This document shows positions 40,086 to 49,241 of a stretch of DNA of 64,000 nt, one piece after another. This DNA is from Parcubacteria group bacterium GW2011_GWA2_40_23 (lineage in GTDB: Bacteria > Patescibacteriota > Patescibacteriia > UBA11705 > JABHMO01): contig LBYP01000001.1 in assembly GCA_000996245.1 (NCBI GenBank), forward strand, positions 17,197 through 81,196, written 5' to 3'. The translations under genes and the position numbers were made by a program. The stretch's first letter is position 1; every line of letters begins with the position of its first letter. A model generated the notes under the pieces. That model was not told the origin of the DNA. It made no database searches and saw nothing but the letters and a program-made list of their open reading frames with translations.

Positions 40086-40127
40086 ATTATAGCATACTTT
40101 TATCTTTTTGTCAACTCTTTTTGTCAA
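40086..40127 (-). promoter_or_regulatory. Perfect-consensus sigma70 promoter driving island-1 gene (TTGACA-17-TATAAT), with a second TTGACA 13 nt upstream
   Basis: Seen directly on the minus strand: -35 at 40109-40114, -10 at 40086-40091, extra TTGACA at 40122-40127. Confidence 0.6.
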
Positions 40128-40294
40128 CTGTGAGTATAAGGGTTTTCTTTAACTGCACAGCAAGTCCATTTAAAGGAATGATAAATATTTTTATCTAAAT
40201 TTAAACGTTTTTTGTCTTTAACAAAACAAAAAAAAGACAATTTTTGTCTTTTTTTAAAAGGTTTACCATGAAGTCACACTTCGTGTGTACTTCA

Positions 40295-40373
40295 TGGTGG
40301 ACGCTAGTGGGGTCGAACCACTGACCTCCTCGACGTCAACGAGGCGCTCTAGCCAACTGAGCTAAGCGTCCAC
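40295..40373 (-). tRNA. tRNA-Val (anticodon GAC)
   Basis: GTGGACGCTTAGCTCAGTTGGCTAGAGCGCCTCGTTGACGTCGAGGAGGTCAGTGGTTCGACCCCACTAGCGTCCACCA. 7-bp acceptor stem, anticodon loop TTGACGT, encoded CCA. Confidence 0.85.
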
Positions 40374-40616
40374 AAAGTACAGACTTTGCCTGACTTTATG
40401 GCAAGCCCCTAGTCGGCAAAGCTGTTTTTGATGGACAATAGATTTGTTTTTTATTAACGTGGCTTGTCACGTACTGACGTATGGTTCACCAGGAAGTACA
40501 CACGAAGTGTGACTTCATGGCAAGCCAGGCAGTATAAACAGAGTTTAACTTCATAGCAAGCCTAAAGCTATGCTGTCGTATGGTTCACCATAAAGTCACG
40601 CGTAGCGTGTACTTTA

Positions 40617-40693
40617 TGGTGGGCCTGATGGGACTCGGACCCATGACCCCCACTTTATAAGAGTGGTGCTCTAACCAGCTGAGCTACAGGCCC
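40617..40693 (-). tRNA. tRNA-Ile (anticodon UAU)
   Basis: GGGCCTGTAGCTCAGCTGGTTAGAGCACCACTCTTATAAAGTGGGGGTCATGGGTCCGAGTCCCATCAGGCCCACCA. Ile-type body (resembles tRNA-Ile GAU) but the anticodon loop is CTTATAA. The T-loop is TCCGAGT (C at position 55). Confidence 0.7.
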
Positions 40694-40851
40694 TGAACTA
40701 CTCGTTCCTCGAGTTCAGGGCAAGCCCGAATCGAGGATGCGGAAAAATAGTGTGCTTCGCTCGGGTTTCGGGCAAGCCCTTCATCGAGGAAAGCGATCAA
40801 ACGTGATTGAATAATATCAAATATCAAACTATTTGTCGAGGTAAGAAGCAG

Positions 40852-42006
40852 CTAAAGTATTATTTGGGCAGCGGTTTCTAGAATGCTTTGCTTATTGGTA
40901 TTGAAAGGGAATTTAATCAAAGTCTTTTGACCTTGTGGGTTATAAATACTAAAGTAATTCCTTAAATCAACACCTTTTTCTGATTTAATAATGGAATAGG
41001 TTTGATTTCCTTTTTGAAAGAAAATTATTGAAAGTTCCACTGTCGGTATGTTGCTGATTAACTCCTCAAGAACACCTGAGAGGTCTTTTTCATCTGTCCT
41101 AGTATCAAAAAAGTCTTGTTCTGTAATTTCGGTCCAAGCAATCTTTTGTCTAACATCCGTCTCAAGTTTTAAAAGTGTTTTACCCCACAAGCGAAGAGTA
41201 TTTACTGATCTTGTCTGATAAAGGTTTTTGATAATAGAATCTCGTTCGGCCCCTGCAGCCATAAGTTGGCTGGCGATATTTAAGCTTTTGGGAGTAATTG
41301 TTGGAATTTTAAAACTCTTGGTTCTTTCTATCATGCCGGTTAAAAGATGCGTGGCCATTTGCTCATCCATAAGGCTAGGATCGAGCGAATCAATTAAATC
41401 ATAAAGGATTTCGGAAACTGAGGTTGCAGTTATATTAATCAAATTGATATGGCCATAATGTTCGTTTTCTGGTGAATAATCAATGTTGATAATGGGTACA
41501 TTGAAGAAAAATTCAGTATTGTCTTCGTAAAATTTTTCTAGTGATGAAAGATCTGGTGTATTCAAGGTAATAATCAGATCATGTTTATAGCTGGTTTCAG
41601 AAATTTTAATATTTTCTTTGGTAAAATCAGCTTGATCTGAGTTAATGTGAATATGTAACTGATTGTCTCGTTCTTCATGCTCTAGATGATGGCTTCTAAT
41701 GGCTGGGTGATCAAGCGAGATCGTGACCCGTTTAAGGTTAGTACTTTGTCTTTTAATCTTTTCAACCCCTTCTAAAAATTTAAAATTGTCCGGCAATTCG
41801 TATTGCGGCGCAATGATATCACAAGAGCGATTCCATTTTTTAAGTAAGCGACCAAGAGCTAGGCTGCTGGCAACCACATCACCGGTTGCTTCTTTGTGGA
41901 AGGTGATGAGTGGGTACTGACTTTTCTGGATCGTTTCGTAGAGTTGTTGTTGCTGTGTTAAAGACATAAATGAAAGTGACGGGGTAGCTACCTTAAAGCC
42001 ACACAA
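40852..42006 (-). CDS. DHH-family phosphoesterase (NrnA-like nanoRNase/pAp phosphatase)
   Basis: HKEATGDVVASSLAL resembles the NrnA HxxPDGDAxGSxxAL motif. The C-terminal DHHA1-like region is present. The true start may be the internal Met (MSLTQQQQ, about 41964). Confidence 0.65.
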   Translation of the reverse strand: MCGFKVATPSLSFMSLTQQQQLYETIQKSQYPLITFHKEATGDVVASSLALGRLLKKWNRSCDIIAPQYELPDNFKFLEGVEKIKRQSTNLKRVTISLDHPAIRSHHLEHEERDNQLHIHINSDQADFTKENIKISETSYKHDLIITLNTPDLSSLEKFYEDNTEFFFNVPIINIDYSPENEHYGHINLINITATSVSEILYDLIDSLDPSLMDEQMATHLLTGMIERTKSFKIPTITPKSLNIASQLMAAGAERDSIIKNLYQTRSVNTLRLWGKTLLKLETDVRQKIAWTEITEQDFFDTRTDEKDLSGVLEELISNIPTVELSIIFFQKGNQTYSIIKSEKGVDLRNYFSIYNPQGQKTLIKFPFNTNKQSILETAAQIIL

Positions 42007-42156
42007 TCAAGATATTGTATAGAAAACAGTAACTACTGTCAAGGTATGAGTGGGGGTAAACCATAACTGCTTTATTGTGTCAATTTTGTTGTAATTTTGG
42101 GGGTTATATGGTATTATTTAGGCAGTTAGTTTGTGGTAAATTAATATTTTTTTAGT

Positions 42157-45100
42157 ATGGAAATTGATAAAGCTTATAGCCCCCAGGAAAAAGAAGAAAA
42201 AATTTATACTGATTGGCAAAAAAAAGGACTTTTTAATCCAGATACTTTAAATAGAAAAGGCGCCAAGGCTTTCTCAATTGTTTTACCGCCGCCAAATGTT
42301 ACCGGCACTTTGCATTTGGGGCATGCTTCGATGTTGGCTATTGAAGATTTAATGATCCGCTATAAACGCATGCAAGGTTTCGATACTCTATGGGTACCAG
42401 GGACAGACCATGCGGCTATTGCCACTCAAAATGTGGTTGAGAAAAAAATTTATAATGAAGCCAAAAAGACTCGTCACGATTTTGAGCGTGATGATTTTTT
42501 ATCTTTAGTGGCTGATTTTGCTGAAAAATCAAAAGAGACAATCCGCAATCAAGTGCGAAAAATGGGTTCAAGCTTAGATTGGAGTCGCGAAGCTTATACG
42601 TTGGATGAGGTTAGAAGTAAGGCTGTCAAAAAAGTTTTCAAAATGATGTCTGACGATGGTTTGGTTTATCGTGGATACCGTATCGTCAATTGGTGCCCGC
42701 GATGTCACACAACTTTAGCTGACGATGAAATTGTATACAAGGAAACAAAGAGTAAATTATATTGGATAAAATATGGTCCGTTTGTTTTAGCTACAACTAG
42801 GCCTGAAACAAAGCTGGGAGATACGGCTGTAGCTGTAAATCCAGGCGACGAACGTTATAAAGACATGGTCGGAAAGAAATATATGATCCCAGGGGTTTTG
42901 GGAGAGTTTGAAATTACTGTTATTGCTGATGAAGCAGTTGATCCTGTCTTTGGTTCTGGCGCAGTTAAAGTTACGCCAGGACATAGTGTAGTTGATTATG
43001 ACATGGCTATGCGTCATCACATTAAAGTTAAAAAGATTATCGACGAAGATGGTCGCATGATGGCAAATTGTGGAAAGTATGCCGGCATGACAACGTTCGA
43101 AGCGCGCGAAGCGATTGTCAAAGATATGCAAGCTATGGGTTTGATCGAAAAGATTGATGAAGATTATGATAATAAATTGTCAGTTTGTTATCGTTGCAAA
43201 ACAATCGTGGAACCATTGCCATCGTCTCAATGGTTTATTGATGTTAATAAAAAAATTATTAAGAAAGATAATAAGTATTTTAAAAATGGAGCTTCGCTTA
43301 AAGAAGTATCGCTCAAAGTTGTGCGTGATGGAGAAATTAAAATTATTCCTGAGAGATTTGAAAAAACATATTTTCAATGGATGGAAAATTTGCGTCCTTG
43401 GTGTATTTCACGTCAAATATGGTTTGGCCATCGCATTCCTGTTTGGTATAAAAAACAAAAATCTTTTTTGGTTATGGCTTCACGTCACGGAGAAGCTAAA
43501 AATAATCACGAAAAGCTTTTAAATTCAGATATAAACTATCGTTCATATACGTTAACTGAAAAAGGCAGAGCCGATATTGCCGCTGATGCTGAAAGATTGA
43601 AACGAGAAGGACATAAATTCGATATAATTTTTACTTCAGACTTTGAAAGAACAATGCAAACTGCAAAAGTTTTTGCAGAAGCTTTTAAGGCTGAAATTAT
43701 TCCAGAAAAACGTTTACGTGAAGTCGGTATGGGTGAGTTTGATGGGCAAGAAGATGTGCCCGAAGGACCATTTGACCAATTGCGTAATAATTTTGAGGGC
43801 TGGCATCACAATAGTCCAAAGGGAATTGAATCTTTTGATAGTTTAAAGATACGGGTCGAATCCTTTCTTAATGAAATTAAAGCTAAATATCCAGATAAGA
43901 AAGTTATGATTGTAACTCATGGTGACCCACTGAGAATTATAAATGGATACGGCACAGATTTTTCTGACGAAGAAATATTTAATTTGGGTTTTCCTGGAGT
44001 CGGTGAACAGATTTGGATTGATTTAGCTCGTAAAAAAGAACGAGTTGTGACAGAAGAGGTTTTGGATTCTAGTGAATGGGAACAAGATTCAGACACCCTT
44101 GATACTTGGTTCTCGGCCGGACTTTGGTCATTTACAACTTTGTTGCCAAAGGATTGGGACGGCAAAGACTTCAAGTCCGCTGACATGAAACGATTTCACC
44201 CCACAACAGTTTTAGAAACAGGTTATGATATTATTTTCTTTTGGGTAGCGCGTATGATTCTTATGACCACTTATGTTTTGGGTGAAGTGCCATTTGAAAA
44301 TGTTTATTTACATGGTTTGATCCGGGATATAGACGGCGAAAAAATGTCAAAATCAAAACCGGAGACATCCATCGATCCATTAGACGCGGGGAACAAATAT
44401 GGTTTTGATGCGGTTCGTCTCAGCCTCTTGATTGGCAACTCTGCTGGCAATGATATTCGTTTATACGATGAAAAAATTGAAAGCTATCGTAATTTCGTTA
44501 ATAAACTTTGGAATGTGGCTCGTTTCATTTTAACTTCGGTTTCAGATATCTCAGTTGACACCAAGAATCTTGTGGGAGACACTTTAGCTGATAAGTGGAT
44601 TCTGTCCCGATTCAACACTTTGAAACGCGAAGTTACTAGATTATTAGATGAATACAATTTTTCTTTGGCTGGTGAAATGCTACGAGATTTTACTTGGTAC
44701 GAACTCGCTGATTGGTATTTGGAAATTGCTAAAGTCGAAAAAAATAAAGATGCTATTTTGATGAGTATACTTAAAGAGGTTTTGGCTATGTGGCATCCAT
44801 TCGTTCCATTCGTTACAGAAGCGATTTGGAGTAATCTTAATCAACCAGAACAATTGATCGTCAGCGCTTGGCCGGAGACACAGAAAGATTTTATCGACGA
44901 AAAGATCGAAAAACAATTTGAAGTTATTAAACAGATCACAGTCGGAATCCGAAACGTCAGAGCTGAATATAATATTCCATATTCAAAAGACATTGAAGCG
45001 ATCGTCGCTGTAAATTCAGATGCCGAAATGATTGAATCAAATCAAGATGTTGTGAAAAGAATTACACGATTAACAGAATTCAAAGTTGTCGAAGTCGCTA

Positions 45101-45390
45101 AGGGCACAGAATATCCTCAACCAGAAGGTTATGTTTCTGGCGGAACATTTAGTCTCGGGACAGTTTTTGTTAATCTTTCCGGTGCAGTAGATTTGAGTAA
45201 AGAAAGGGAACGCTTACAAAAAGAATTAGATAGTTTAGAAAAATATCTTTCTGGATTAGAAAAGAAATTGTCGAACGATGAGTATGTTAAAAATGCTCCG
45301 GCGAATATTGTGGAAGCAGATAAGGCTCGTCAACTTGAGTCTCAGGAGAAAGTCACGAGCTTGAAAGCACAAATTGCAGAATTAAAATAA
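42157..45390 (+). CDS. valS: Valyl-tRNA synthetase with an inserted histidine-phosphatase (PGAM-like) domain
   Basis: HIGH-type PPNVTGTLHLGHA, KMSKS, and the C-terminal coiled coil. Between WFGHRIPVWY and DSDTLDTWFS lies an in-frame segment of about 210 aa (nt about 43450-44086). Within it, SRHGEAKNN ... IIFTSDFERTMQTA ... VMIVTHGDPLR match the histidine-phosphatase branch-1 signature. Confidence 0.9.
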   Translation: MEIDKAYSPQEKEEKIYTDWQKKGLFNPDTLNRKGAKAFSIVLPPPNVTGTLHLGHASMLAIEDLMIRYKRMQGFDTLWVPGTDHAAIATQNVVEKKIYNEAKKTRHDFERDDFLSLVADFAEKSKETIRNQVRKMGSSLDWSREAYTLDEVRSKAVKKVFKMMSDDGLVYRGYRIVNWCPRCHTTLADDEIVYKETKSKLYWIKYGPFVLATTRPETKLGDTAVAVNPGDERYKDMVGKKYMIPGVLGEFEITVIADEAVDPVFGSGAVKVTPGHSVVDYDMAMRHHIKVKKIIDEDGRMMANCGKYAGMTTFEAREAIVKDMQAMGLIEKIDEDYDNKLSVCYRCKTIVEPLPSSQWFIDVNKKIIKKDNKYFKNGASLKEVSLKVVRDGEIKIIPERFEKTYFQWMENLRPWCISRQIWFGHRIPVWYKKQKSFLVMASRHGEAKNNHEKLLNSDINYRSYTLTEKGRADIAADAERLKREGHKFDIIFTSDFERTMQTAKVFAEAFKAEIIPEKRLREVGMGEFDGQEDVPEGPFDQLRNNFEGWHHNSPKGIESFDSLKIRVESFLNEIKAKYPDKKVMIVTHGDPLRIINGYGTDFSDEEIFNLGFPGVGEQIWIDLARKKERVVTEEVLDSSEWEQDSDTLDTWFSAGLWSFTTLLPKDWDGKDFKSADMKRFHPTTVLETGYDIIFFWVARMILMTTYVLGEVPFENVYLHGLIRDIDGEKMSKSKPETSIDPLDAGNKYGFDAVRLSLLIGNSAGNDIRLYDEKIESYRNFVNKLWNVARFILTSVSDISVDTKNLVGDTLADKWILSRFNTLKREVTRLLDEYNFSLAGEMLRDFTWYELADWYLEIAKVEKNKDAILMSILKEVLAMWHPFVPFVTEAIWSNLNQPEQLIVSAWPETQKDFIDEKIEKQFEVIKQITVGIRNVRAEYNIPYSKDIEAIVAVNSDAEMIESNQDVVKRITRLTEFKVVEVAKGTEYPQPEGYVSGGTFSLGTVFVNLSGAVDLSKERERLQKELDSLEKYLSGLEKKLSNDEYVKNAPANIVEADKARQLESQEKVTSLKAQIAELK

Positions 45391-45425
45391 CCCACGCCTT
45401 TCTCGAAAGGCGGGATACAAATTAT

Positions 45426-46610
45426 ATGCCAACTGACACTGATTCTAAAAAAATTGAAGAATTATTAACGCGTGGTGTTGAGGAAGTTATCGATCGTGAA
45501 AGTTTAAAGAAAAAACTTCAAAGTGGAAAAAAATTACGCATTAAGTTCGGAGTTGATCCAACTTCTCCTGATTTACATGTTGGGCATGCTGTTCCATTAC
45601 GAAAGCTGAGACAATTTCAAGACGCGGGGCATCAAGTTATTCTGCTCATTGGTGATTATACAGCAATGGTCGGAGATCCAAGTGGGAGGAATGAAACTCG
45701 TCCAATGTTGGCACGGGAAGATGTTGAGAAGAACATGAAAACGTATATAGAACAAGCAACTCGTATTTTGAAAATGGATGATGTTGAGTTGCGTTATAAT
45801 AGTGAGTGGTATGAAGATAAGGGCTGGAACTTTATTATGTCTCTAACGGGGAAAATTACTGTTGCTCGTGTTTTAGATAGAGATGATTTTCAAAAGAGAT
45901 TAAAAGAGGGTTCAGATATTCAAATGCAGGAAATATTGTATCCTCTTATGCAGGGGTATGATTCTGTCGAATTGAAGGCGGATGTTGAAATTGGTGGTAC
46001 TGATCAGAAATTTAATATGTTGATGGGAAGAAAGCTACAAAAAAAATATAATGAACCCGAACAGGATGTGATAACAATTCCATTGCTTGTGGGTCTTGAT
46101 GGTGAAAAAAAGATGAGTAAAAGCTATGGTAATTACATTGCTCTTACGGATTCGGTTGAGGAAATGTTTGGGAAAATTATGTCTATTCCTGATCATCTGA
46201 TTATAAAATATTTTGAGTTAGCCACGGCAACATCAATGGAGAAGATTGAAGAGATTAAACATAGAATGGAGAACGGAGAAAATCCACGCGACTTAAAGTT
46301 AGAGTTGGCTGGAGCTGTCGTCGAAATATATTATGGCGTTAAAGCTGCCACTGAAGCCAAGGAAAACTTTTTACAAATGTTTCAAAAGAAAGAAGTGCCA
46401 GATGATATTGCAGAATTGAAATTAGCAGGTGCTTCCATCATCGATGTTTTGGTTGAAGCAAAGTTTGTGACTTCAAAAACCGATGCTCGTCGTAACATTG
46501 AACAAAAAGGCGTCAAGTTGAATGGGGCTGTCGTCTCGGATCTTGCTCAAACTGTAAAAAGCGGGGACATAATTCAAAAAGGTAAAAGGTTTTTCATCAA
46601 AATAAAATAA
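45426..46610 (+). CDS. tyrS: Tyrosyl-tRNA synthetase
   Basis: HVGH, KMSKS, and a C-terminal S4-like domain. Confidence 0.9.
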   Translation: MPTDTDSKKIEELLTRGVEEVIDRESLKKKLQSGKKLRIKFGVDPTSPDLHVGHAVPLRKLRQFQDAGHQVILLIGDYTAMVGDPSGRNETRPMLAREDVEKNMKTYIEQATRILKMDDVELRYNSEWYEDKGWNFIMSLTGKITVARVLDRDDFQKRLKEGSDIQMQEILYPLMQGYDSVELKADVEIGGTDQKFNMLMGRKLQKKYNEPEQDVITIPLLVGLDGEKKMSKSYGNYIALTDSVEEMFGKIMSIPDHLIIKYFELATATSMEKIEEIKHRMENGENPRDLKLELAGAVVEIYYGVKAATEAKENFLQMFQKKEVPDDIAELKLAGASIIDVLVEAKFVTSKTDARRNIEQKGVKLNGAVVSDLAQTVKSGDIIQKGKRFFIKIK

Positions 46611-46614
46611 AAGT

Positions 46615-47055
46615 ATGAAAATTTTGGTCTTGCTCGAAAATTTAGTTCTAAACCCAGACGCAGATTATGCTGTCATCGAATCATCAATGAATAAAATCCA
46701 TAAATGGTTAGACGCTGGTGCTGAGGTAGAATATTTAACAGGTATCAATAAGTTTTTAGAACTTAAAAAGATTGATGATCGTTTTCATGACCTTGATTTA
46801 CCAGATGCCAAGGTTCATAAAAAACAGGAAACAGAAAAATTTAAAGAAGTTTTAGAAATGGTTTCCCCCAGTTTCTTTATTGATTTAAAAGGAAGTTTGG
46901 ATGGCGAAAAAGACATCTCTTCTCAACTAAATGGTGAAAATAAAATTGCAGCTATTGTTTTAGCTGATTTGGCCGAAATGACAAAACTGCCGGATTATCT
47001 CGAAGAACTGAAAGATTATTTAGAGGAAGAAGAAGTTGTTGAAGAAGTAGAATAA
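46615..47055 (+). CDS. Hypothetical acidic protein
   Basis: 146 aa, Glu-rich C-terminus, no family recognised. Confidence 0.45.
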   Translation: MKILVLLENLVLNPDADYAVIESSMNKIHKWLDAGAEVEYLTGINKFLELKKIDDRFHDLDLPDAKVHKKQETEKFKEVLEMVSPSFFIDLKGSLDGEKDISSQLNGENKIAAIVLADLAEMTKLPDYLEELKDYLEEEEVVEEVE

Positions 47056-47056
47056 T

Positions 47057-48751
47057 ATGATTGATATTAAAACACAACTCAGCCGCGAAATCGGGAAGAT
47101 AGTCAATCTCGCGGTTAGTGCTATGGATTTCGCGGCACCGCCAAATGTGAATTTGGGCGATTTAGCATTTCCATGTTTTAATTTGGCTAAGGAATTAAAG
47201 ACAAATCCAAATGAAGTAGCTAATAATATTGCCGAAAAATTAAGTTCCAGTAAGATTGTCTCAAGTTGTAAGGCCGCTGGACCTTATGTCAATATTATTG
47301 TTAAAGACGAAGCTTTAATAAATTTACTCAGCGAAAATATTTTAGCTAATGAACAATTCGGAGTCGGCCAAGACAAGAAAACGAAATTGATGGTTGAGTT
47401 TGCTCATCCAAATACTTTAAAATCTTTTCATATTGGTCATCTTCGCAATATTGTGACGGGTGAAAGCATCGCTCGTATTTTGCAAAATGATGGTTATGAA
47501 GTAGTTAGAGCCAATTATCAAGGTGATGTGGGCTTGCATATTCCAAAAGCTCTTTGGGGGATCAAACAACTTTGGGGTGAATATGAGTCAATTAAAAAAG
47601 CTTCGGTAGAAAAGCGAGTAGCCTTTTTAGGTAAGGCCTATGCTTTTGGTTCTCAGAATTTCGAAAAAGATGAAGCGGTTAAAACTCAAGTATATGAGTT
47701 AAATGAAAAAATTTATAAGTTAAGTCCAGATATTGAAGAACTCTATCAAGAAACCAGAACTTGGAGTTTAGAATATTTTGATCATATCTATGCCAGAGTT
47801 GATACCAAATTTGATCGTCTGTATTTTGAATCAGAAACTTTCAAACGCGGGAAAGAAATAGTCGAAAAATTTATTAAAAAGGGAATTTTTGAAAAAAGCG
47901 AAGGTGCCATAATTTTCCCAGGCGAGAAATTCGGATTACACAATCGAGTTTTTATTAGTAGTAAGGGCGCGCCAATGTACGAAGCCAAGGATATTGCTTT
48001 AGCTGAAATGCAGTTTAAAGAATTTAATCCGAAAAAAATTATTCACGTTGTCGGCAAAGAACAAACAGAATATTTTAAAGTTATTTTTGAAGCTTTGAGT
48101 CAGGTTTTCCCAAAGTTAAAAGGGCGCGAGTTCCATTTAGCATATGGATGGGTTTCTTTAAAGCATGGTAAAATGAGTTCACGTACTGGCCAAGTTGTTT
48201 TGGGTGAATGGCTTTTGGATGAAGTAGAAAAACAAGTTCAAGAGATCATGAAGGATTCAGATATCAAGAAAAAGGATGCGACGATCAGCGCCGTATCTTT
48301 AGCGGCTGTTAAATATGCTTTACTAAAAGTCGGAGTAAAAATTGATTTGGCTTTCGACATAAACGAATCTGTTAGTCTTTCTGGCGACAGCGGACCATAT
48401 TTACTTTATATTAATGCCCGTATTAATAGTATTCTAGCCAAAGCATCAGGTAAAATAGTAGGGCGTAAATTGGGAATTGATACAATCCATTCAAGCGAGA
48501 AAAAAATAATAATGAGTTTGTCCAATTTTGCTGAAGCCACCGAGAAGGCCGCGGACGAACTTGATCCCTCAGTCATTGCTCGATATTTATTTAATTTAGC
48601 GCAAGATTTTAATACTTTTTACGCTGAATGCCCAGTTTTGCAAGCCGAAGAGAAGATTAAAATATGGAGACTTCAAATAATTACAGCCGTACGTGATGTG
48701 ATGAATAGCGGTTTAAACCTGTTGGGCATCCCTGTTGTCGAGAAAATGTAG
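47057..48751 (+). CDS. argS: Arginyl-tRNA synthetase
   Basis: 564 aa. HIGH variant HIGHLRN and the C-terminal DALR anticodon-binding region. Confidence 0.9.
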   Translation: MIDIKTQLSREIGKIVNLAVSAMDFAAPPNVNLGDLAFPCFNLAKELKTNPNEVANNIAEKLSSSKIVSSCKAAGPYVNIIVKDEALINLLSENILANEQFGVGQDKKTKLMVEFAHPNTLKSFHIGHLRNIVTGESIARILQNDGYEVVRANYQGDVGLHIPKALWGIKQLWGEYESIKKASVEKRVAFLGKAYAFGSQNFEKDEAVKTQVYELNEKIYKLSPDIEELYQETRTWSLEYFDHIYARVDTKFDRLYFESETFKRGKEIVEKFIKKGIFEKSEGAIIFPGEKFGLHNRVFISSKGAPMYEAKDIALAEMQFKEFNPKKIIHVVGKEQTEYFKVIFEALSQVFPKLKGREFHLAYGWVSLKHGKMSSRTGQVVLGEWLLDEVEKQVQEIMKDSDIKKKDATISAVSLAAVKYALLKVGVKIDLAFDINESVSLSGDSGPYLLYINARINSILAKASGKIVGRKLGIDTIHSSEKKIIMSLSNFAEATEKAADELDPSVIARYLFNLAQDFNTFYAECPVLQAEEKIKIWRLQIITAVRDVMNSGLNLLGIPVVEKM

Positions 48752-48810
48752 TTTTTGACTTAAGAGGGGCAATATATTAAGATAGCTTTTAATGGAGGGG
48801 TTTATAAATA

Positions 48811-49233
48811 ATGTCAAAGCGTATGTTTAAAAACAATGAGGATGAGGGTTATGGTCCTGAAACCAATGGGGTAGAGGATACTTTGATTGGTAGTTCAATA
48901 AAAATTGAAGGTGATTTGGTTAGTAATGGCAGTATCAACGTTGAAGGTGAAGTTGTAGGAAGTTTGAAAACTGAAAAACGCTTACGTGTGGGAGAAAAGG
49001 CCAAGGTTGTAGCTGATGTTAAAGCTCAAGAAGCTTTTATTTCTGGCACAATTCAAGGCAATATTACGGTTGGTGGACGCTTGGAATTATCAAGCACGGC
49101 TAGAGTTACAGGGGACATTCAATCTGCGACACTTTCAATTGCTGCTGGTGCTATTTTTAATGGCAAATCAACAATGCAAGAAATTTCAAGTATTAAAGTT
49201 GAGAAGAAACAAGAAGAAGTTGATGAAGAATAG
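48811..49233 (+). CDS. Bactofilin-family cytoskeletal protein
   Basis: 140 aa. Repetitive beta-helix motifs (GSINVEGEVVGSL..., GTIQGNITVGGRLEL..., VTGDIQSATLSIAAGA). Confidence 0.75.
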   Translation: MSKRMFKNNEDEGYGPETNGVEDTLIGSSIKIEGDLVSNGSINVEGEVVGSLKTEKRLRVGEKAKVVADVKAQEAFISGTIQGNITVGGRLELSSTARVTGDIQSATLSIAAGAIFNGKSTMQEISSIKVEKKQEEVDEE

Positions 49234-49241
49234 ATTTAGCT

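Noticed and set aside
40380-40560. Additional tRNA gene in the hairpin-rich spacer
   Set aside because: I could not fold any segment into a cloverleaf with a proper acceptor stem and T-arm. It is treated as an orphan trailer or repeat instead. tRNAscan should confirm.
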